This document shows, one piece after another, positions 49,773 to 57,871 of a DNA stretch of 64,000 nucleotides. Each line of letters opens with the position of its first letter. Position 1 is the first letter of the stretch. Origin of the DNA: an uncultured delta proteobacterium (GTDB lineage: Bacteria > Bdellovibrionota > FAC87 > UBA2466); assembly GCA_963778115.1 (NCBI GenBank), contig CAVZSV010000004.1, positions 608,001 to 672,000 on the forward strand, given 5' to 3'. The position numbers were made by a program, and so were the translations under genes. The notes beneath the pieces are model-generated. The model was given only the letters and a program-made list of their open reading frames with translations, had not been told where the DNA came from and did not search any database.

Positions 49773-50477
49773 GTGGGCGTGGTGCGGTGGGCTATACATT
49801 CCAAGGCTAATTCTAAGCTAACGCGACAGGACCGCCTCGAGGTTCGTTACCGGGTCTTTTCGGGTTCCGAGGACGTGAATCGTTTGGAGAGCTGCCAGAA
49901 ATTGAAGGCAGAGGTTTTTGTGAAAGAGCAAGGATGGCAGCTTCCAATCGAGGGCGATCGTTGCTCAACCAGCCTATCTGACCTACGAGCCATATTCGTC
50001 TTGGCTGAAACTCCCGAGGGGGAACCCGTTGGGATGATGCGTGGTGAACTTTGTGAATCACAATCCATTCCCCACCGCGAGTGGTTTCAGGCGCATTCTG
50101 CGGTTCTGCCAGGGACGATCGGATACATAAGTTCTGTTTGCGTGCTCCGGAGGTTTCGCGGCGTTAGAAGCTTCGGGACCGATGGTGCGCTACAGAACAT
50201 TACCGCGATGATGCTTGCAAGTATGAAGCAAGCCCTTGTGCCAAGTGGTGCAGAACTAATCGTAATGTGCACTGCCACCGCCGCTCTCACTGTTGTTTCT
50301 AGGAAGAATGGCTTTCGACTAATTGACCCCCCGTTCAAAGCAATGCGACCAGTTTACGAGCTAATTAATCTAGCTTGGAGCCCTGAAAAACAGTTAAGCG
50401 CCTACCTGAACCAACGAGAGAAGAAAATTCTTTCTTCTCTTTCCATGGACGAAGTGCTCAACGGTCTCACATTCTGA
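49773..50477 (+). CDS. GNAT-fold N-acyltransferase, LuxI/FeeM-like (start uncertain)
   Basis: LKAEVFVKEQGW...D..AIFVLA...GEPVGMMR; ISSVCVLRRFRG. Confidence 0.55.
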   Translation: MGVVRWAIHSKANSKLTRQDRLEVRYRVFSGSEDVNRLESCQKLKAEVFVKEQGWQLPIEGDRCSTSLSDLRAIFVLAETPEGEPVGMMRGELCESQSIPHREWFQAHSAVLPGTIGYISSVCVLRRFRGVRSFGTDGALQNITAMMLASMKQALVPSGAELIVMCTATAALTVVSRKNGFRLIDPPFKAMRPVYELINLAWSPEKQLSAYLNQREKKILSSLSMDEVLNGLTF

Positions 50478-50701
50478 GTCGAGCCTCTCACGAGCGATAC
50501 CTGAGAGGCACCAGACTTTTTCAGGACACTTTTATTCAAAAACCGATCGGGTTCATGGTTTGGTGTGGGGCAGATGCGTGGGAAGAATGGCGAGAGCTGC
50601 TTAACGATGTTCACTAGTGCTTAGAGAATCTCATTCGTTTATCGACGATAAAATCATTCTGGCGTTGATTTTATTAGGTTTTTAAAATTGGAGTTTGTGG
50701 G

Positions 50702-50722
50702 TTCGATCCCCCCCCACCTCCA
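50702..50722 (+). repeat. Copy 5 of tmRNA 3' end (att core), slightly variant
   Basis: TTCGAT-C8-ACCTCCA versus TTCGATT-C6-ACCTCCA. Confidence 0.9.
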
Positions 50723-50898
50723 TTCATTTTCGCGAAGCGAAAATGAATCCTTAACGATTAATCTTAAGATTAATATTAACAATATCAGCGGTGTAGCCGC
50801 TCTGGCGATTTCCCCTTTCTGCCCGCCGAGAAGCAACAGCTGAGTCCACCGGTACGGATTTGGTGCGGGAAACCTATTTCTTGTCGAGGGTTTTGCTC

Positions 50899-50990
50899 AT
50901 GACGACGATTGGAAAACTGGCGAAGAACGCGTGGGTAGGAGTTGGAGACAATCCGCTTCTACGAACGGAAGGGGATAATCAAGCTAGTCG
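50899..50990 (+). pseudogene. MerR-family regulator remnant
   Basis: MTTIGKLAKNAWVGV then, after a 1-nt shift, ETIRFYERKGII; no MerR-like continuation. Confidence 0.7.
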
Positions 50991-51312
50991 GATCAAACCG
51001 GAATATCAATCTTAGTACGCCATGGGAACCTCTAGGGCGCAAATTTCTGATTGGTGAACTCTCCACCAGTGGGCTCCTCACATTATAAGCCGCTAGGAAG
51101 GATTGTTTGTTTTTCTGCCTTATCGCTACGGAGGCCTCTTCAAGAGGGGGATAGACAACCCTTTTGGAAATCAGCTCGTTTAGTGGGAGCTTTACTTGCC
51201 AAAAAATGTGCCTAGGCTTTCAAGCCTTAGGCCAAAAACTTATGCGTAATACCACACAACATGTAGATCAATCTGCGCCGCCGAACTAAGATACTGAGCA
51301 GGAGACACCAAA

Positions 51313-51792
51313 ATGCTGAAAGCCTATGCCTGCATCTGGTCCAACAAGAGTGCTGCCGAGATGGTCAAGTTCTACAAGTCGGTCTTCAAAGGCACCAAGG
51401 TAGGGAAATACGCTTATTGGGGAAAAAACCCCCTGGGCGTTAAAGAGGGCTCGGTACTCACCGCGCACATCACGATCTTGGGCCAAAAGCTCATGCTCTT
51501 AAATGGGCACATGGACGTTCCCTTCAATGAATCCATCTCATTCGTCGTACCCTGTAAGACCCAGCGCGAGATCGATACGTATTGGAAGAAGCTGACCTCC
51601 GACGGCGGCAAGGCTGTGCAATGTGGCTGGGTGATCGACAAGTACGGAGTCCGCTGGCAGATCACTCCCGCCGCATTCGACCGCTGGAATACGACTCACA
51701 ACAAGAAAAAGAAGCAAGCCATGATGAGCGAGATGTGGAAGATGAAGAAGCTCGACATCAAGAAACTCAAAGCGGCTTTTGACAACGCTTAG
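51313..51792 (+). CDS. VOC/PhnB-like (3-dmu-9 3-mt) protein
   Basis: FYKSVF, FNESISFVVPC.TQ.EID.YW, CGWVIDKYGVRWQI, KMKKLDI. Confidence 0.92.
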   Translation: MLKAYACIWSNKSAAEMVKFYKSVFKGTKVGKYAYWGKNPLGVKEGSVLTAHITILGQKLMLLNGHMDVPFNESISFVVPCKTQREIDTYWKKLTSDGGKAVQCGWVIDKYGVRWQITPAAFDRWNTTHNKKKKQAMMSEMWKMKKLDIKKLKAAFDNA

Positions 51793-51815
51793 TTGTCCGA
51801 CCAAATGGTACGTTG

Positions 51816-52286
51816 CTACTGAACAAGGTAGGCTTCGAAACTCGTTTTCGCGGACTGATCTGGTAGGTCGATAAAACCCCGCACTCTAGTAGGAGCGGTT
51901 TCGTCCAATACCAAAGTCACTTGAACGTCGGCGGTGACCGATTGCGCTCCGATCATAAGATCAGTCGTTCCGTCGAAATAATAATCCCGATCTCCCGTCT
52001 CCCCTTTGTTTTCCAAAACAGCGACACTTGCCAACTTCACGTTGAGGCTATTGCCTTCGGAACCGGTCACCACAAGCGAACCATTCTCTACTTCGCATCT
52101 TGTGATGCTCGTCTGCGAGGCCGAATCGTCCGCACACTTGGTCAGGCTGCCTCCGAAAATTTCGAGCGGATGCCGATCGGTAGCACTTGAAAACGCGAGC
52201 CCTTTAAAATGGCCGATATCAGCGGGCTGAGCGGCAATGAGTGAACGTCCAAACAATAAAGCCGTGAGAAGTAGTGTGTATTTCAT
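51816..52286 (-). CDS. Hypothetical secreted protein
   Basis: Signal peptide, 156 aa. Confidence 0.65.
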   Translation of the reverse strand: MKYTLLLTALLFGRSLIAAQPADIGHFKGLAFSSATDRHPLEIFGGSLTKCADDSASQTSITRCEVENGSLVVTGSEGNSLNVKLASVAVLENKGETGDRDYYFDGTTDLMIGAQSVTADVQVTLVLDETAPTRVRGFIDLPDQSAKTSFEAYLVQ

Positions 52287-52395
52287 AATTTTTTAGAGTC
52301 TAAAGGCAACGTTGCCATGAAGGCACGTCATGGAGCGTTAGCGGGAAAGGAGAGGGGGGAAACGTGTCGGGGAAACGTGTCACTCTCCTATTGGG

Positions 52396-53887
52396 CTAAG
52401 GATCATACATATCTTTTCTTGCCTTTCTCTGTGAAATTTGATCAATCATTTAGATGAGTAATACTCTTGAACCTAAGTTTTTTTCGTCCATGTCGAATGA
52501 GTTCGCTGGGGCTAATTTTGGCGATCTGCGACTCACCCGGAGGTTAATGGACATGTCTGACGGTATCGCCCAAGATCCTAAAGAGACCTTACCCAAGCTT
52601 TTAGGAGAAGGAGCTGGAATTGAGGGAGGTTACCGTTTTCTGCGTAATCCCCGTGTGAATTTGGAGTCGATTTTAGCATCCCATTTTGAGCAGACGGTTT
52701 TGCGAGCGAAACTGGAAAAGGAAGTTCTGGTTCTCCACGATACGACTGAGTTCAAATTTCCTTCCAAACGTAAGGGGCTAGGTTTGCTCAGTGGTAGTCG
52801 CTCCGCGGGAGACGGTTTCTACGGGCATTTTTCCTTAGTTGTGGGATCTTGTTTGCATCGACCTCTTGGGGTTGTGGCGGTTGAGCCAATGATTAAGCTG
52901 AAGAAGAAAGGCTATCAAAGCCCGTCCAAAGCCCGTCCAAAGCGCGACAAGATCCGACGAGAAAGTCTCTGCGTTGGATGCGAGGAATTGTGGCCAGCGA
53001 ATCGAGATTGGGCTTCGCAGCGAAACCTATTCACGTGATGGACCGTGAGGCAGATTTCTTCGAGTTACTTTCTGAACTAAAAGATTCATCTGGTCGCTGC
53101 GTGATTCGAGTCTGCCGAGATCGTTTGGTTACAGACGAAAACCTAGAAGAAGGAGTGAGCCTTTACAGCTCACTCGAGAGCGCTCCGGTAAAGCTTCAAC
53201 GAGAAGTCCGAGTTGGAACAAGAGCACAAAGTCCCTTACCTCAAAACAGAAAAGACTACCCCGCTCGTCAGCAACGAACCGCCATGTTATCGGCGACAGC
53301 GGCAAGGGTGGAGCTAATACGAGGTCACCATCATGGAGCAAGATTAAATAAGACTGTGACACTCAACGTTGTCCACGTCTTTGAGTCCAATCCGCCGGAG
53401 GGAACAGAGCCGATTGATTGGAAATTACTCACTACCGAGTCTACCAATACGCCCGCGGATATCGAAAAGGTGATCGATATCTATCGAGCCAGATGGCTTA
53501 TCGAAGAATATTTTAAGGCGATCAAAACTGGATGTGCCTTTGAAGAACGGCAACTCGAATCGAAAGATACCATTTTCAATGCCTTGGCGATCTTTATCCC
53601 AATCGCCTGGCGAATGCTGCTCTTGCGAGCGGAAGCCAGGCAACGGCCACTCACTCCGGCGACAGTAGTGTTAACCCCGACTCAAATATCGGTTCTCCGA
53701 GCGGTCTCAAAAACTCCCATCCCAGAAAATCCTACGGTCGCAGAAGCAATTTCAGCCGTTGCGAGGCTCGGCGGCCACCTTAAGCAGAATGGCCCGCCAG
53801 GTTGGAAAATACTAGGAAAGGGCCTCACAGAACTATTGACTCTAGAAAAAGGGTGGCTCGCTAAAGAAAGATGTGATCAATGATTAG
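52396..53887 (+). mobile_element. IS4 family (IS50/Tn5-like) insertion sequence
   Basis: 19-bp ends CTAAGGATCATACATATCT (52396-52414) and revcomp CTAATCATTGATCACATCT (53869-53887) resemble IS50 ends. Confidence 0.85.
52454..53883 (+). pseudogene. IS4 transposase frameshifted by an 11-bp tandem duplication (52916-52937)
   Basis: FGDLRLTRR, LHDTTE, MDREAD, WKLLT, YRARWLIEEYFK (YREK), LGG...PPG; removing one CAAAGCCCGTC joins the two ORFs. Confidence 0.88.
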
Positions 53888-53909
53888 CCCGCAAGGAGAG
53901 TGACACCTT

Positions 53910-54908
53910 CTAATTCCACATATCGCGAGTCTTTTGAATGGCGTTCTTAACAATGAGATAAGGGTCTTTGAAAGGAAGCCGAGCCAGCCGAATGCCACCA
54001 CCATTGGGTTCCACGAACGGCTCTGTCGCCTGCATAATTTCGATGGTGACCGAGGTTAGCCCCACTTTCTTGATAAGGCCAAGATAGTCGTTCCACGGGA
54101 TCCAGCTATGTTCGACGTCCCCTCGACTGGGGGCCGAGACCTGCGCATATAGAAAAAAACCGTCATCGTTAAGACCGGTCACATACTTAGTATAATTTTC
54201 AGGCCCAGCGCCGTCGATCACTTCATGACTGCTATCCATACACAATCCGAAATAAGCTTTGCGATCTACCCGCCTAATAAAATCATCCGCCTCTTCAATT
54301 GTGTTTAAACCATGCATCTCATGGCGGTGGAGAGGTTCCAGCGCCAATTTCACGTCCTTGGATTTCGCGTAATCTGCCACGATCTGAATGCTCTTTACCG
54401 CTTCTGCTAATTTCGGCGCTAAATACTTCTGATGAAGTTCGACCGTGGAGGCGGTGTTGTAGAAGGCACCCCAAGGCAGCACAATGGGGCCCGCCATAAT
54501 GTTAGCGTGAGCCGCCACCGCACAGTCGATTCGAGACTTTAGATATTCAATGCCGGCTTTTCTTCTCGTCGCTGCAGGTGTCTTTGACAGTCCGTCCGTG
54601 TCCGTCGCACTGGGATCCCGTTCCACATCTACCGCCACATTGAGACCGGCGGGATAGTTGTTTGCTTGGATATAAGCACCCAACCTTACGCAATCGGCCA
54701 TCGTGGAGATAGTACCCGGAAGTTCAAATCCTTGAGCCCCTTGCGCCACCAGTTTTTTTAAGTCATCTACGTTAATCTGATCAAGATGGGCGCTTAAAAT
54801 AAAACCGTTCTGCATCACCGTTAGTCCCGAGCCAGCGGCCCCGGCAGAGGACTCTTGGATGAATAAAGACAATAAAAAGACCGGGAACACATACAAACAT
54901 TTTTTCAT
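53910..54908 (-). CDS. Ketose 3-epimerase / AP-endonuclease-2 TIM-barrel family protein with signal peptide
   Basis: LALEPLHRHE, LNT, DSSHE, RG, VTIE; N-terminal signal. Confidence 0.75.
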   Translation of the reverse strand: MKKCLYVFPVFLLSLFIQESSAGAAGSGLTVMQNGFILSAHLDQINVDDLKKLVAQGAQGFELPGTISTMADCVRLGAYIQANNYPAGLNVAVDVERDPSATDTDGLSKTPAATRRKAGIEYLKSRIDCAVAAHANIMAGPIVLPWGAFYNTASTVELHQKYLAPKLAEAVKSIQIVADYAKSKDVKLALEPLHRHEMHGLNTIEEADDFIRRVDRKAYFGLCMDSSHEVIDGAGPENYTKYVTGLNDDGFFLYAQVSAPSRGDVEHSWIPWNDYLGLIKKVGLTSVTIEIMQATEPFVEPNGGGIRLARLPFKDPYLIVKNAIQKTRDMWN

Positions 54909-55153
54909 CGGCTTGTCCTTTCGTTGGCACTCACATTAACTAGGCGTACCAATTATCTTACGGCTGTGGCGTGTCAATTTATTTTTTAAAAAATTTAAAA
55001 AAACAGAAGTAGTGGGTATCACGTTCAATCAAAGTAAAACGGGTCAACTAGCCTTCTTTGAGAGAGCTTCACAACTAAATCCGCCACTCAGCGGATAGCC
55101 AATTTATCAATAGTCTTGTATACCAGTGGCTTCAATCGCACGGTGAGGACCCT

Positions 55154-55852
55154 ATGAAGCATAGAGTGGTAGACCAAGAAGAATGGTTAAAATCGAGCGC
55201 CCGCTTTCTCAAGAAGGAAAAAGAGCTCACCAAGAAACGAGACGCTCTTGCGAAACAGCGTCGCCAGCTCCCCTGGATGTTAATCAAGAAACCTTATACT
55301 TTCGATACTCCCACGGGAAAGAAATCTTTCGCGGATCTCTTTGAAGGACGAAGCCAACTATTCGTCCAACACTTTATGTTCGGCTCCGACTGGAAAGAGG
55401 GCTGTCCTGGTTGTTCCTTTGAAGCCGATCACATCGGAGCCACGTTGAGTCACCTAGCCCAACGGGATGTGACCTTCGTCGCTATTTCACGAGCCCCCAT
55501 CAAGATGATTGAAGCCTTTAAGAAACGTATGGGTTGGAATTTCAATTGGGTATCTTCAGGCAATAGTGACTTTAATTTCGACTTTAACGTCTCTTTTGCT
55601 AAGCCAAAGGGTGAAGAGAAGATCTACTACAACTTTGCGAAATCCGAGTACCATACCGACGAATTGCCGGGAAACTCCGTTTTCTACAAGGACAAAAAAG
55701 GGCGTATCTTTCGTACTTACTCGTCCTACGCCCGGGGCTGTGAGATTCTCATTGGAACTTATATGATGTTAGATCTCATGCCCAAAGGACGCGACGAAGA
55801 CAACTTCAAGGTGCATCCCATGGAATGGGTTCGGCATCATGACAAGTACTAG
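55154..55852 (+). CDS. DUF899 thioredoxin-like protein
   Basis: EKELT..RD.LA.QRRQLPW, LFEGRSQL, GCPGCSF, TYSSYARG, PKGRDE, HDKY. Confidence 0.92.
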   Translation: MKHRVVDQEEWLKSSARFLKKEKELTKKRDALAKQRRQLPWMLIKKPYTFDTPTGKKSFADLFEGRSQLFVQHFMFGSDWKEGCPGCSFEADHIGATLSHLAQRDVTFVAISRAPIKMIEAFKKRMGWNFNWVSSGNSDFNFDFNVSFAKPKGEEKIYYNFAKSEYHTDELPGNSVFYKDKKGRIFRTYSSYARGCEILIGTYMMLDLMPKGRDEDNFKVHPMEWVRHHDKY

Positions 55853-55878
55853 ATCTTAAGAGTTTGCAATCTGAAGCC

Positions 55879-56091
55879 TTAATCGCTCCAAGGCCTCTTT
55901 GAGGTTGTTAGTAGCGCCTGTGACTTTCTCGCAAACATCCAAAGCGAACTGGGCTGCCTCTTTTGATATCTCTTTGCGATCCAAAGCACCCAGCACCGAA
56001 TAGACCTCCGAACGAAGAGCGTCGTGAACGAGATCTCGGTAATCTTCCTCCTTCGGTGCCTCAACTTCGATCGCAACACACCTATTTTCAC
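55879..56091 (-). other. Possible small ORF; reading frame ambiguous (alternative frame ends at 55856)
   Basis: Two overlapping short ORFs, neither recognisable. Confidence 0.25.
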
Positions 56092-56112
56092 AGCTGTGAA
56101 TTTGCATTTCGG

Positions 56113-56454
56113 CTAGGGCATCCCCATGAGACTGCTCGACAATTGACGGGCTATTAGAATGAAAATGATTCCTGATACGACGGTAAGAAGCAAGTTTCGA
56201 CTTTTCGCTCCCACAACAAACGTAGGAATCGCGGCCCACAGATAAAGGTTCTTGGGACTAAGATCCACGTGATCGCCTCGCCAAAACAGTTCGGTAAAGA
56301 GTAGCGCACTTACCACTGCAATGGGAATTTGCTGCATCCATTTCATTAAAATGGGTGACAGTGTCACTTTTCCCGTTACAAAAAGAGGAAGGACACGAAG
56401 CAATAGCGTCCCGACACCGATGATAAGTACCGTCGATAGTGCATCCGAAGGCAT
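56113..56454 (-). CDS. AzlD-like amino-acid exporter subunit
   Basis: GTLLLRVLP, IPIAVVSAL, RNLLLTVVSG; TAATG overlap with AzlC. Confidence 0.85.
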   Translation of the reverse strand: MPSDALSTVLIIGVGTLLLRVLPLFVTGKVTLSPILMKWMQQIPIAVVSALLFTELFWRGDHVDLSPKNLYLWAAIPTFVVGAKSRNLLLTVVSGIIFILIARQLSSSLMGMP

Positions 56455-57134
56455 TATTTTCCTCCCGGGAACGCAAGGCCCGCGAAGGAAGCGATTAAGG
56501 TGGCTACAATGATTGCTACGGAAGCCCATCCTATTTCGTGAAAAACTAAAACCAGGACTCCGCTGATGAGAGCGATTAGAGCACCTCTCCAACTATTTAG
56601 CTGAAGGACCAGTAAGGCTATAAACATCGGGGCCAAGACAAAATCTAAACCGACCGCTTTGACATCGGGGATCGTGGAGCCAGCCACATAACCCACGGTG
56701 GTCCCCAGACAATGGGCGAAGTGACAAACTACATTCGTAGCAAGGGCTGGAGCCATCACCACCCCTTTTTGTTTCCATTGAGTCGCGTGAAGAGCAAAAG
56801 TTTCGTCGGTAATTTCACTTCCGAAGAGGAACTTAGCCAACTTCTTCCATTTCGAAATATAGGGAGCTAAAGCGATAGACCAAATCGAAAGTCGTAGGTT
56901 CATCAGTAGAAGCGTCAGCACCGTCGTGATTACGGGACTCCCATCGACTAGCAGCGGGATAACGACCATCTGGGACGATCCGCCAAACATAAGGACCGAC
57001 ATAACCACGGCTAGTCCTAGCGAAAGGCCCGCGATTTTCGCCGAAATGCCGATGACTATGGAAAAGGTAAAGTAGACCAAAATGATCGGAGCGGCGGCTA
57101 GAACCGCTCTGACAGACCGAGATCGCAGGTTCAC
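56454..57134 (-). CDS. AzlC-like amino-acid exporter
   Basis: MSVLMFGGSSQ, NLR, ITDETFA, GLDFVL..MFIAL. Confidence 0.9.
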   Translation of the reverse strand: MNLRSRSVRAVLAAAPIILVYFTFSIVIGISAKIAGLSLGLAVVMSVLMFGGSSQMVVIPLLVDGSPVITTVLTLLLMNLRLSIWSIALAPYISKWKKLAKFLFGSEITDETFALHATQWKQKGVVMAPALATNVVCHFAHCLGTTVGYVAGSTIPDVKAVGLDFVLAPMFIALLVLQLNSWRGALIALISGVLVLVFHEIGWASVAIIVATLIASFAGLAFPGGK

Positions 57135-57862
57135 TTCTCACATACCAAAAAAATACTGGCACACAGGTCAGGGTACTGCATGCCCAGCTGGTAGCATCCT
57201 TCCATATAGCCATCGCTAATGACATCGCCGCCCAGCAAAGCCTCAAATTGGTAATTGGCCAAGCCCTTAAAAAAAACTCCTCCTCGCTGGACGATTTTAA
57301 GTCCCGCGGCGAGTGCGTCTCTTTCTAAAGTATCAAAACTATAGACCCTACGGTGGCCATGTTTCACATCAGCTTCGGTGAGTGCCGTGTTATGAGCGAG
57401 CAAACCCATTTTTACAGCGATTTGGCGAGAAGGGGCATTGGCGTTGGGAACGGCAAGAAAGGCCCTACCCCGGTCAGACAGTAACTCTCTGGCCTTTTTC
57501 AAAACAGTGATCGGATCGTCCAGATGTTCCAGAACATGGGTCAAAAAGACGGCGTCAAACCGCTCGGTCAAATCCAATGTCTCAAAAAGACTACTAATGA
57601 ACTTTACCTGGGGGCCCACTCGACGCCGGGCATGAGCGATAAACTCCTCGGCGGCGTCCACGACTGTGAGTCTTTCGAAGAGTCTTTCCAAAAGCTGAGT
57701 GAATTCTCCTTGGAAACATCCCATCTCAAGGGCGTTATTGCCCCGAAAATAGGGGGCAAAGGAACGTAGCATGTAACCACGCATGAGAATATCGAACTTA
57801 TGAACATCGTACTTGGCGGCAATTCGATTTAAATTTTCAAATTCTTCTCTCGTGAAATCCAT
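57131..57862 (-). CDS. Class I SAM-dependent methyltransferase
   Basis: ALEMGCFQG, THVLEHLDDP, VPNA, GHRRVY. Confidence 0.88.
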   Translation of the reverse strand: MDFTREEFENLNRIAAKYDVHKFDILMRGYMLRSFAPYFRGNNALEMGCFQGEFTQLLERLFERLTVVDAAEEFIAHARRRVGPQVKFISSLFETLDLTERFDAVFLTHVLEHLDDPITVLKKARELLSDRGRAFLAVPNANAPSRQIAVKMGLLAHNTALTEADVKHGHRRVYSFDTLERDALAAGLKIVQRGGVFFKGLANYQFEALLGGDVISDGYMEGCYQLGMQYPDLCASIFLVCEK

Positions 57863-57871
57863 AAAGACCTT

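Larger units (their letters stand above)
47848..50722. mobile_element. tmRNA-integrated islet 4 (2,875 bp), no integrase
   Basis: att cores 47828 and 50702; arm motifs 47954-47979 and 50559-50584. Confidence 0.85.

Noticed and set aside
49773..50477. Confident luxI quorum-sensing call
   Set aside because: Key LuxI Arg and acidic residues are not clearly conserved and no luxR is nearby; kept only as LuxI/FeeM-like.
39041..50722. CRISPR array or classical integron reading of the 20-bp repeats
   Set aside because: Spacers are 2.4-3.9 kb and gene-bearing, the repeat is the tmRNA 3' end, and I see no cas genes, intI or attC-type ends.
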